Of a stretch of DNA of 54,732 nucleotides, positions 1-12,700 are shown one piece after another. The stretch comes from Nemertoderma westbladi. Taxonomy: Eukaryota > Animalia > Xenacoelomorpha. Both the position numbers and the translations under genes were made by a program. Under the pieces are notes generated by a model. It saw only the letters and a program-made list of their open reading frames with translations, made no database searches and was not told the DNA's origin. The stretch lies in assembly GCA_032718475.1 (NCBI GenBank), contig JAUCBJ010006712.1, positions 1 to 54,732 on the forward strand. The letters run 5' to 3'. The stretch's first letter is position 1; each line of letters begins with the position of its first letter.

Positions 1-2320
1 AGACCCAGTGGTCACAAGTCCCAGATAGACCATATTCTGTTTCGTAGGAAGTACAGGAGCTCTATACAAGACTGTAATGCATTTACACTTCGACCCTTCT
101 CCAGTGATCACTGCCTTATTGTGGCCAAGGTAAGACTTAGTCTGCGCGCTAGCAGAACAACGAATCTGCCTTGCCGCGGCATGACTGGTCCTCTCTGTTG
201 CAACAGTCAAGTGTGAGATCCAGCTTCACACTACAGCTGAGCAACAGGTATGAGGTTCTTGCCTCTGAGGCGGCAGATCACTGTGAGGGCTATACTGCCT
301 TCACAGAAGCAGTTAAGTAAGCAGCTGCAGAAACAGTTCCTGTATACCCTCGAAACAGGAAAAGGGCCCCCTGGACTGACAACAAAATCCAGAAGTGCCG
401 AAATGACCTATATAAGGCGCAGAAAGAGTCCCGACTCAAACAGACTACAGCGGGCAAGCATGCAGTTAAGGCTGCATCTAGGTCCCTGAACAGGCAGTAC
501 TATGTTAATCTACAGGAGCTAATAAACCAACAGGTTGATGCCATCAATGATGCCGACGACAGCAGGCAATCTTCCCAGGCATGGAAATCGATCAACTTGC
601 TTACTGGGCGGAAAAGCCAACCAACCACCAAGGTTAAGGCTGAATCACCAGCCGATCGCCTCAATGGTTGGAAGACCCACTTTGAAAAGCTCCTCAATAA
701 TGACAGGGTTTTGCCTGATAACTTTATAGAAGTAAAAGTGTCTGAGTCTGTACTCCCAGATATTCCCATTGGCGATATCTCCTTTGCAGAAGTGAAGGCT
801 GCTGCAAAGAGCATTAAGACCAATCGTGCCAGTGGAGTAGATGGTGTTCCCCCTGAGGTCTTTAAAATACCTGAGTGTTTAAAGCTCATCTATCCCATCA
901 TAGTAGATATGTACAGAACAACAAGAGTCCCACAAGAAATGAAAACAAATAAGTTGGTGCCAGTTCCCAAGAAGGGCAACCTAACACTCTATGGTTCTTT
1001 TCGGGGAATCTCATTGATCTCGATTGCTGCAAAGCTATACAATAGAATTATATTAAATCGCATCAGGGATCCCATTGAGAGACTGCTCCGTGGAAATCAG
1101 AATGGGTTCCGTAAAGGTCGTTGGACCATGGAACCCATTTTGGCACTTAGAAGGATAATTGAAGAGTTATCAAAAAAGAAAGACAGGCATCTGGCTGTTA
1201 TCTTTGTTGACTTCTTCAAGGCCTTTGATTCAGTCTCCCGCTCACGTATGTTCAGCATACTTTCATTATATGGGATTCCTGATGAAATTATTGCAGCAAT
1301 CAGATCAGTATACGATGGTTCGACAACATTTGTGTCTACTGTTGATGGTGACACAGAACCATTTGAAGTGTTATGGGGCGTCCTCCAGGGAGACACTCTT
1401 GCACCATTCTTGTTCATAATTGTGGTTGACTATGTTCTACGCATGTCCTTAGATCATCATAATGATGATGGGGTGATAACTCCACCTACTGGCTCCAGAA
1501 GTCGAGGAAATCCTGCCAAGTACCTAACTGATCTCGACTTTGCTGATGACTTAGGAGTACTCTCAGAATCACTAGAGGGAGCCCAACGGCTCCTCAGCTC
1601 ATTAGAACATGCTGCTTCTAGTGTTGGTCTTTTTATTAACTCCAGAAAGACCAAAATTTTGACAGTTAACTTTGAAAATTATCAGCAAGTCTCTGATCGG
1701 ATGAGCATAAGCTCAAAGGATGGTATGCTTGAGCATGTGGACGACTTCTGTTACCTGGGTTCATGGATCCGGAAGTCAGGTGAGGACCTTGAATACGTAA
1801 GGGAAAGGCATGGGCAGCATTGAATAGGCTTTCCAGGATTTGGAAGTCACCGAGAATTAATCGGAAACTTAAGGTCCGATTATTTAGAGCAGCAGTAGTT
1901 CAAGTACTCCTCTATGGGAGTCCATGCTGGGCTCTAAAGCTGCTGAGGACACCAAATCTCTGGATGGCACATTCACAAGAATGCTACGCCGGGTTCATTT
2001 GTGTCAAGTACAATGCACACATCTCCAACAAGACACTATATAACATTGGAGGTGTCTCATTGGTTCCCCCAAGCTTGACACTAGAACAAAATCGCCTCCG
2101 CTTTGCAGGACATTGCTTTCGCCGTGAGGACCAGCCAGTGCATAATCTTGTACTTTGTCAGCCTCATGGAGTGAATAAGCATGGTGGACAGCCCATGACT
2201 TTCTTGAGACGCATCTTAAAGGGCACTGGCCTTGAAGATGCGGATGATCTAGCAAATGTCATGGGTGATAGGGAGTTGTGGCGGCGCAATTTTGTCGACA
2301 AGCCGGCACAGCATTCTTAA
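1..2320 (+). mobile_element. Non-LTR retrotransposon (RTE-group LINE), degraded: end of APE endonuclease, RT and C-terminal region; 5' part lies outside the window
   Basis: Positions 22-150 translate as QIDHILFRRKYRS...SDHCLIVAKVRLSLR (APE C-terminal SDH motif). ORF 597-1823 has RT motifs ASGVDGVP, FRGISL, QNGFRKGR, FVDFFKAFDSV, GVLQGDTLAP, LDFADD. ORF 1820-2320 has the RTE-type C-terminus RLRFAGHCFR. Frameshifts near 1790 and 1938 relative to the second copy at 46117-47349. Confidence 0.9.
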
Positions 2321-2760
2321 AAATGCAGCTGCAATGCAGCATGCCGATACTGAATTATATGTTGTATAATTTTTTTGAGCCATCTGCTGTCATACATACA
2401 GACAGAACGTCAAAGCAGCAAAGTGAAGCATGACAAAAAAGGCCTACCGCCGCTACGCTAACTGGCTAACCCTGTAACCGGACTACCCCTAGCGATATCA
2501 CAGTTCCACAGTTACCGTACTGCCGTAGGCCTAGTACAGTAGTAGGCCTATCACAGTATCACGCACGTACAGACGATCTGCAGTTCTAACGTAGGCCTAT
2601 CACTGTATTACAGTATATTAAAGATTTCAGGATTTGATCCCAATCTCAGTCAGTCAAGTCTGTCAGTAGAGCAGTAGGCTAATCAAACTACTGACAGACT
2701 GAACTACAGAATTATTTTCAAGATTTCAGGATTTACGACTAACTGACTAACTAACTGACA

Positions 2761-3727
2761 ATGTCGCGTCACAGAGATATCCGTAACGCAGCGTACAGCG
2801 AGGAATACGCTGTTAGCTACGATGACGAGTACGGTTTGTCCGTTCCCGATTGCGACTACGCAATTTCTCCGCTAACGGCGCAACAGTTCCTCCTGTCTCG
2901 CAGCGTCGACAAACGACCGAATTTATCCAACTTTATCGACGGCGTTGACTCCCGAGGGATCCAACCGTCACGCATCGAATCCCCGCGGAACTCGTTAGAT
3001 GACGATCTCTCCGACCCGCTCGCTGAATCCCTGGACCTCCGCAGTCTTGGACTCAACGACGCGGAGTTCGCTCGCCTTATGGAAGGCTTGGATGAACTCG
3101 GTTCCATCGTCGGCGACACCATCCCGGAGAGCGTGTTGGTTAGAACTCTACTCGAATGTAACTACAACACGGAGCGAGCGATCGACTCGCTACATAATCC
3201 GAGTCCCACTGGCCGCGTGTTTCCAAACGACCCGCTAGGTCCGTCAGCCAGAGACTCCGTAGGTCGAGGGCGAAAGATTGGCGAAGTAGGGCGCGGCGTG
3301 GGCATAGTAGGGCGCGGTCTGAGCGTTGAGGGGCGTGTACTAGGTCCTGTGCCCATGGAAGAAGACGGATTATTGCCGGATACCGTGGCATCCAATGGGA
3401 ATCTGCCCGAACACCACGACGCAAAACCACATATAAACGGCGGTATAACCGCTTCTGTCGCCGCGATTAAAATCGACTCGGATGGTCCGAAACTTCCGGA
3501 GAGTCAACTGAAATGTTCCGGGGCCCCGGATACCGTGGTCAAACCGAAACTAGCTACTAGAGATGCCCCGCCGGCGAATCCGAAACCACGGGAACCTCGG
3601 GGCGGGAAGGGGTTGCTAAACCTTGTTGTGATCGGTCACGTGGACGCCGGGAAGAGCACGTTAATGGGTCACGTGCTGTACCAGCTGGGATGCGTTAATA
3701 AGAAGACAATGCATAAGTACGAGACAG
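2761..3727 (+). CDS. HBS1L: HBS1-like translational GTPase, coding exon 1 (HBS1 N-terminal domain, linker, G1 P-loop)
   Basis: N-terminus MSRHRDIRN...YAISPLTAQQFL and ARLMEGLDELGSIVGDTIPESVL resemble the HBS1L N-terminal domain. LNLVVIGHVDAGKSTLMGHVLYQLGCVNKKTMHKYET carries G1. Donor CAG|GTAGGT at 3727/3728, phase 1. Confidence 0.93.
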
Positions 3728-6700
3728 GTAGGTGGTGTGTTCGGTTAATGGGTCACGTGTTGTACCAGCTGGGATGCGTTAATAAGAAGACAATGCATAA
3801 GTACGAGACAGGTAGGTGGTGTGTTCGGTTAATGGGTCACGTGTTGTACCAGCTGGGATGCGTTAATATGAAGACAATAAATAAGTACGAGACAGGTAGG
3901 TGGTGTGTTGTACCAGCTGGGATGCGTTCATAAGAAGACAATGCATAAGTACGAGACAGGTAGGTGGTGTGTTCGGTTAATGGGTCACGTGCTGTTCCAG
4001 CTGGGATGCGTTAATATGAAGACAATAAATAAGTACGAGACAGGTAGGTGGTGTGTTGTACCAGCTGGGATGCGTTCATAAGAAGACAATGCATAAGTAC
4101 GAGACAGGTAGGTGGTGTGTTCGGTTAATGGGTCACGTGTTGTACCAGCTGGGATGCGTTAATAAGAAGATAATGCATAAGTACGAGACAGGTAGGTGGT
4201 GTGTTCGGTTAATGGGTCACGTGTTGTACCAGCTGGGATGCGTTAATAAGAAGACAATAAATAAGTACGAGACAGGTAGGTGGTGTGTTCAGTTAATGGG
4301 TCACGTGTTGTACCAGCTGGGATGCGTTAATATGAAGACAATGCATAAGTACGAGACAGGTAGGTGGTGTGTTCGGTTAATGGGTCACGTGTTGTACCAG
4401 CTGGGATGCGTTCATAAGAAGACAATGCATAAGTACGAGACAGGTAGGTGGTGTGTTCGGTTAATGGGTCACGTGTTGTACCAGCTGGGATGCGTTAATA
4501 AGAAGACAATAAATAAGTACGAGACAGGTAGGTGGTGTGTTCGGTTAATGGGTCACGTGTTGTACCAGCTGGGATGCGTTCATAAGAAGACAATAAATAA
4601 GTACGAGACAGGTAGGTGGTGTGTTCGGTTAATGGGTCACGTGTTGTACCAGCTGGGATGCGTTAATAAGAAGACAATAAATAAGTACGAGACAGGTAGG
4701 TGGTGTGTTCGGTTAATGGGTCACGCACGTGTTGTACCAGCTGGGATGCGTTAATAAGAAGACAATAAATAAGTACGAGACAGGTAGGTGGTGTGTTCGG
4801 TTAATGGGTCACGTGTTGTACCAGCTGGGATGCGTTCATAAGAAGACAATAAATAAGTACGAGACAGGTAGGTGGTGTGTTCGGTTAATGGGTCACGTGT
4901 TGTACCAGCTGGGATGCGTTCATAAGAAGACAATAAATAAGTACGAGACAGGTAGGTGGTGTGTTCAGTTAATGGGTCACGTGTTGTACCAGCTGGGATG
5001 CGTTAATAAGAAGACAATAAATAAGTACGAGACAGGTAGGTGGTGTGTTCGGTTAATGGGTCACGTGTTGTACCAGCTGGGATGCGTTCATAAGAAGACA
5101 ATAAATAAGTACGAGACAGGTAGGTGGTGTGTTCGGTTAATGGGTCACGTGTTGTACCAGCTGGGATGCGTTCATAAGAAGACAATAAATAAGTACGAGA
5201 CAGGTAGGTGGTGTGTTCAGTTAATGGGTCACGTGTTGTACCAGCTGGGATGCGTTCATAAGAAGACAATAAATAAGTACGAGACAGGTAGGTGGTGTGT
5301 TCGGTTAATGGGTCACGTGTTGTACCAGCTGGGATGCGTTAATATGAAGACAATAAATAAGTACGAGACAGGTAGGTGGTGTGTTCGGTTAATGGGTCAC
5401 GTGTTGTACCAGCTGGGATGCGTTCATAAGAAGACAATAAATAAGTACGAGACAGGTAGGTGGTGTGTTCGGTTAATGGGTCACGTGTTGTACCAGCTGG
5501 GATGCGTTCATAAGAAGACAATAAATAAGTACGAGACAGGTAGGTGGTGTGTTCAGTTAATGGGTCACGTGTTGTACCAGCTGGGATGCGTTCATAAGAA
5601 GACAATAAATAAGTACGAGACAGGTAGGTGGTGTGTTCGGTTAATGGGTCACGTGTTGTACCAGCTGGGATGCGTTAATATGAAGACAATAAATAAGTAC
5701 GAGACAGGTAGGTGGTGTGTTTGGTTAATGGGTCACGTGTTGTACCAGCTGGGATGCGTTAATAAGAAGACAATGCATAAGTACGAGACAGGTAGGTGGT
5801 GTGTTCGGTTAATGGGTCACGTGTTGTACCAGCTGGGATGCGTTAATAAGAAGACAATGCATAAGTACGAGACAGGTAGGTGGTGTGTTCGGTTAATGGG
5901 TCACGTGTTGTACCAGCTGGGATGCGTTAATATGAAGACAATGCATAAGTACGAGACAGGTAGGTGGTGTGTTCGGTTAATGGGTCACGTGTTGTACCAG
6001 CTGGGATGCGTTAATATGAAGACAATGCATAAGTACGAGACAGGTAGGTGGTGTGTTCGGTTAATGGGTCACGTGTTGTACCAGCTGGGATGCGTTCATA
6101 AGAAGACAATAAATAAGTACGAGACAGGTAGGTGGTGTGTTCGGTTAATGGGTCACGTGTTGTACCAGCTGGGATGCGTTAATATGAAGACAATAAATAA
6201 GTACGAGACAGGTAGGTGGTGTGTTCGGTTAATGGGTCACGTGTTGTACCAGCTGGGATGCGTTAATAAGAAGACAATAAATAAGTACGAGACAGGTAGG
6301 TGGTGTGTTCGGTTAATGGGTCACGTGTTGTACCAGCTGGGATGCGTTCATAAGAAGACAATGCATAAGTACGAGACAGATAGGTGGTGTGTTCGGTTAA
6401 TGGGTCACGTGTTGTACCAGCTGGGATGCGTTCATAAGAAGACAATGCATAAGTACGAGACAGGTAGGTGGTGTGTTCGGTTAATGGGTCACGTGTTGTA
6501 CCAGCTGGGATGCGTTAATAAGAAGACAATGCATAAGTACGAGACAGGTAGGTGGTGTGTTCGGTTAATGGGTCACGTGTTGTACCAGCTGGGATGCGTT
6601 AATAAGAAGACAATAAATAAGTACGAGACAGGTAGGTGGTGTGTTCAGTTAATGGGTCACGTGTTGTACCAGCTGGGATGCGTTCATAAGAAGACAATAA

Positions 6701-9700
6701 ATAAGTACGAGACAGGTAGGTGGTGTGTTCAGTTAATGGGTCACGTGTTGTACCAGCTGGGATGCGTTCATAAGAAGACAATAAATAAGTACGAGACAGG
6801 TAGGTGGTGTGTTCGGTTAATGGGTCACGTGTTGTACCAGCTGGGATGCGTTAATAAGAAGATAATGCATAAGTACGAGACAGGTAGGTGGTGTGTTCGG
6901 TTAATGGGTCACGTGTTGTACCAGCTGGGATGCGTTAATAAGAAGACAATAAATAAGTACGAGACAGGTAGGTGGTGTGTTCAGTTAATGGGTCACGTGT
7001 TGTACCAGCTGGGATGCGTTCATAAGAAGACAATAAATAAGTACGAGACAGGTAGGTGGTGTGTTCGGTTAATGGGTCACGTGCTGTACCAGCTGGGATG
7101 CGTTAATAAGAAAACAATGCATAAGTACGAGACAGGTAGGTGGTGTGTTCGGTTAATGGGTCACGTGTTGTACCAGCTGGGATGCGTTAATATGAAGACA
7201 ATAAATAAGTACGAGACAGGTAGGTGGTGTGTTCGGTTAATGGGTCACGTGTTGTACCAGCTGGGATGCGTTCATAAGAAGACAATGCATAAGTACGAGA
7301 CAGGTGTAGGTGGTGTGTTCGGTTAATGGGTCACGTGTTGTACCAGCTGGGATGCGTTAATATGAAGACAATAAATAAGTACGAGACAGGTAGGTGGTGT
7401 GTTCGGTTAATGGGTCACGTGTTGTACCAGCTGGGATGCGTTCATAAGAAGACAATGCATAAGTACGAGACAGGTGTAGGTGGTGTGTTCGGTTAATGGG
7501 TCACGTGTTGTACCAGCTGGGATGCGTTAATATGAAGACAATAAATAAGTACGAGACAGGTAGGTGGTGTGTTCGGTTAATGGGTCACGTGTTGTACCAG
7601 CTGGGATGCGTTCATAAGAAGACAATGCATAAGTACGAGACAGGTAGGTGGTGTGTTCGGTTAATGGGTCACGTGTTGTACCAGCTGGGATGCGTTAATA
7701 AGAAGACAATGCATAAGTACGAGACAGGTAGGTGGTGTGTTCGGTTAATGGGTCACGTGTTGTACCAGCTGGGATGCGTTAATAAGAAGACAATGCATAA
7801 GTACGAGACAGGTAGGTGGTGTGTTCGGTTAATGGGTCACGTGTTGTACCAGCTGGGATGCGTTCATAAGAAGACAATGCATAAGTACGAGACAGGTAGG
7901 TGGTGTGTTCGGTTAATGGGTCACGTGTTGTACCAGCTGGGATGCGTTAATAAGAAGACAATGCATAAGTACGAGACAGGTAGGTGGTGTGTTCGGTTAA
8001 TGGGTCACGTGTTGTACCAGCTGGGATGCGTTCATAAGAAGACAATGCATAAGTACGAGACAGGTAGGTGGTGTGTTCGGTTAATGGGTCACGTGTTGTA
8101 CCAGCTGGGATGCGTTAATATGACGACAATGCATAAGTACGAGACAGGTAGGTGGTGTGTTCGGTTAATGGGTCACGTGTTGTACCAGCTGGGATGCGTT
8201 CATAAGAAGACAATGCATAAGTACGAGACAGGTAGGTGGTGTGTTCGGTTAATGGGTCACGTGTTGTACCAGCTGGGATGCGTTAATAAGAAGACAATGC
8301 ATAAGTACGAGACAGGTAGGTGGTGTGTTCGGTTAATGGGTCACGTGTTGTACCAGCTGGGATGCGTTAATAAGAAGACAATGCATAAGTACGAGACAGG
8401 TAGGTGGTGTGTTCGGTTAATGGGTCACGTGTTGTACCAGCTGGGATGCGTTAATAAGAAGACAATGCATAAGTACGAGACAGGTAGGTGGTGTGTTCGG
8501 TTAATGGGTCACGTGTTGTACCAGCTGGGATGCGTTAATAAGAAGACAATGCATAAGTACGAGACAGGTAGGTGGTGTGTTCGGTTAATGGGTCACGTGT
8601 TGTACCAGCTGGGATGCGTTAATAAGAAGACAATGCATAAGTACGAGACAGGTAGGTGGTGTGTTCGGTTAATGGGTCACGTGTTGTACCAGCTGGGATG
8701 CGTTAATAAGAAGACAATGCATAAGTACGAGACAGGTAGGTGGTGTGTTCGGTTAATGGGTCACGTGTTGTACCAGCTGGGATGCGTTAATAAGAAGACA
8801 ATGCATAAGTACGAGACAGGTAGGTGGTGTGTTCGGTTAATGGGTCACGTGTTGTACCAGCTGGGATGCGTTAATAAGAAGACAATGCATAAGTACGAGA
8901 CAGGTAGGTGGTGTGTTCGGTTAATGGGTCACGTGTTGTACCAGCTGGGATGCGTTAATAAGAAGACAATGCATAAGTACGAGACAGGTAGGTGGTGTGT
9001 TCGGTTAATGGGTCACGTGTTGTACCAGCTGGGATGCGTTAATAAGAAGACAATGCATAAGTACGAGACAGGTAGGTGGTGTGTTCGGTTAATGGGTCAC
9101 GTGTTGTACCAGCTGGGATGCGTTAATAAGAAGACAATGCATAAGTACGAGACAGGTAGGTGGTGTGTTCGGTTAATGGGTCACGTGTTGTACCAGCTGG
9201 GATGCGTTAATAAGAAGACAATGCATAAGTACGAGACAGGTAGGTGGTGTGTTCGGTTAATGGGTCACGTGTTGTACCAGCTGGGATGCGTTAATAAGAA
9301 GACAATGCATAAGTACGAGACAGGTAGGTGGTGTGTTCGGTTAATGGGTCACGTGTTGTACCAGCTGGGATGCGTTAATAAGAAGACAATGCATAAGTAC
9401 GAGACAGGTAGGTGGTGTGTTCGGTTAATGGGTCACGTGTTGTACCAGCTGGGATGCGTTAATAAGAAGACAATGCATAAGTACGAGACAGGTAGGTGGT
9501 GTGTTCGGTTAATGGGTCACGTGTTGTACCAGCTGGGATGCGTTAATAAGAAGACAATGCATAAGTACGAGACAGGTAGGTGGTGTGTTCGGTTAATGGG
9601 TCACGTGTTGTACCAGCTGGGATGCGTTAATAAGAAGACAATGCATAAGTACGAGACAGGTAGGTGGTGTGTTCGGTTAATGGGTCACGTGTTGTACCAG

Positions 9701-12700
9701 CTGGGATGCGTTAATAAGAAGACAATGCATAAGTACGAGACAGGTAGGTGGTGTGTTCGGTTAATGGGTCACGTGTTGTACCAGCTGGGATGCGTTAATA
9801 AGAAGACAATGCATAAGTACGAGACAGGTAGGTGGTGTGTTCGGTTAATGGGTCACGTGTTGTACCAGCTGGGATGCGTTAATAAGAAGACAATGCATAA
9901 GTACGAGACAGGTAGGTGGTGTGTTCGGTTAATGGGTCACGTGTTGTACCAGCTGGGATGCGTTCATAAGAAGACAATGCATAAGTACGAGACAGGTAGG
10001 TGGTGTGTTCGGTTAATGGGTCACGTGTTGTACCAGCTGGGATGCGTTAATAAGAAGACAATGCATAAGTACGAGACAGGTAGGTGGTGTGTTCGGTTAA
10101 TGGGTCACGTGTTGTACCAGCTGGGATGCGTTAATAAGAAGACAATGCATAAGTACGAGACAGGTAGGTGGTGTGTTCGGTTAATGGGTCACGTGTTGTA
10201 CCAGCTGGGATGCGTTAATAAGAAGACAATGCATAAGTACGAGACAGGTAGGTGGTGTGTTCGGTTAATGGGTCACGTGTTGTACCAGCTGGGATGCGTT
10301 AATAAGAAGACAATGCATAAGTACGAGACAGGTAGGTGGTGTGTTCGGTTAATGGGTCACGTGTTGTACCAGCTGGGATGCGTTAATAAGAAGACAATGC
10401 ATAAGTACGAGACAGGTAGGTGGTGTGTTCGGTTAATGGGTCACGTGTTGTACCAGCTGGGATGCGTTAATAAGAAGACAATGCATAAGTACGAGACAGG
10501 TAGGTGGTGTGTTCGGTTAATGGGTCACGTGTTGTACCAGCTGGGATGCGTTAATAAGAAGACAATGCATAAGTACGAGACAGGTAGGTGGTGTGTTCGG
10601 TTAATGGGTCACGTGTTGTACCAGCTGGGATGCGTTAATAAGAAGACAATGCATAAGTACGAGACAGGTAGGTGGTGTGTTCGGTTAATGGGTCACGTGT
10701 TGTACCAGCTGGGATGCGTTAATAAGAAGACAATGCATAAGTACGAGACAGGTAGGTGGTGTGTTCGGTTAATGGGTCACGTGTTGTACCAGCTGGGATG
10801 CGTTAATAAGAAGACAATGCATAAGTACGAGACAGGTAGGTGGTGTGTTCGGTTAATGGGTCACGTGTTGTACCAGCTGGGATGCGTTAATAAGAAGACA
10901 ATGCATAAGTACGAGACAGGTAGGTGGTGTGTTCGGTTAATGGGTCACGTGTTGTACCAGCTGGGATGCGTTCATAAGAAGACAATGCATAAGTACGAGA
11001 CAGGTAGGTGGTGTGTTCAGTTAATGGGTCACGTGTTGTACCAGCTGGGATGCGTTAATAAGAAGACAATGCATAAGTACGAGACAGGTAGGTGGTGTGT
11101 TCGGTTAATGGGTCACGTGTTGTACCAGCTGGGATGCGTTAATAAGAAGACAATGCATAAGTACGAGACAGGTAGGTGGTGTGTTCGGTTAATGGGTCAC
11201 GTGTTGTACCAGCTGGGATGCGTTAATAAGAAGACAATGCATAAGTACGAGACAGGTAGGTGGTGTGTTCGGTTAATGGGTCACGTGTTGTACCAGCTGG
11301 GATGCGTTAATAAGAAGACAATGCATAAGTACGAGACAGGTAGGTGGTGTGTTCAGTTAATGGGTCACGTGTTGTACCAGCTGGGATGCGTTAATAAGAA
11401 GACAATGCATAAGTACGAGACAGGTAGGTGGTGTGTTCGGTTAATGGGTCACGTGTTGTACCAGCTGGGATGCGTTAATAAGAAGACAATGCATAAGTAC
11501 GAGACAGGTAGGTGGTGTGTTCGGTTAATGGGTCACGCACGTGTTGTACCAGCTGGGATGCGATAATAAGAAGACAATGCATAAGTACGAGACAGGTAGG
11601 TGGTGTGTTCGGTTAATGGGTCACGTGTTGTACCAGCTGGGATGCGTTCATAAGAAGACAATGCATAAGTACGAGACAGGTAGGTGGTGTGTTCGGTTAA
11701 TGGGTCACGTGTTGTACCAGCTGGGATGCGTTAATATGAAGACAATAAATAAGTACGAGACAGGTAGGTGGTGTGTTCGGTTAATGGGTCACGTGTTGTA
11801 CCAGCTGGGATGCGTTCATAAGAAGACAATGCATAAGTACGAGACAGGTAGGTGGTGTGTTCGGTTAATGGGTCACGTGTTGTACCAGCTGGGATGCGTT
11901 AATATGAAGACAATAAATAAGTACGAGACAGGTAGGTGGTGTGTTCGGTTAATGGGTCAGGTGTTGTACCAGCTGGGATGCGATAATAAGAAGACAATGC
12001 ATAAGTACGAGACAGGTAGGTGGTGTGTTCGGTTAATGGGTCACGTGTTGTACCAGCTGGGATGCGTTCATAAGAAGACAATGCATAAGTACGAGACAGG
12101 TAGGTGGTGTGTTCGGTTAATGGGTCACGTGTTGTACCAGCTGGGATGCGTTAATATGAAGACAATAAATAAGTACGAGACAGGTAGGTGGTGTGTTCGG
12201 TTAATGGGTCACGTGTTGTACCAGCTGGGATGCGTTAATATGAAGACAATAAATAAGTACGAGACAGGTAGGTGGTGTGTTCGGTTAATGGGTCACGTGT
12301 TGTACCAGCTGGGATGCGTTAATATGAAGACAATGCATAAGTACGAGACAGGTAGGTGGTGTGTTCGGTTAATGGGTCACGTGTTGTACCAGCTGGGATG
12401 CGTTCATAAGAAGACAATGCATAAGTACGAGACAGGTAGGTGGTGTGTTCGGTTAATGGGTCACGTGTTGTACCAGCTGGGATGCGTTAATATGAAGACA
12501 ATAAATAAGTACGAGACAGGTAGGTGGTGTGTTCGGTTAATGGGTCACGTGTTGTACCAGCTGGGATGCGTTAATAAGAAGACAATGCATAAGTACGAGA
12601 CGGGTAGGTGGTGTGTTCGGTTAATGGGTCAGGTGTTGTACCAGCTGGGATGCGATAATAAGAAGACAATGCATAAGTACGAGATAGGTAGGTGGTGTGT

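Noticed and set aside
2856-3430. Overlapping antisense and alternate-frame ORFs in HBS1L exon 1
   Set aside because: Expected in GC-rich coding DNA; no recognisable motifs.
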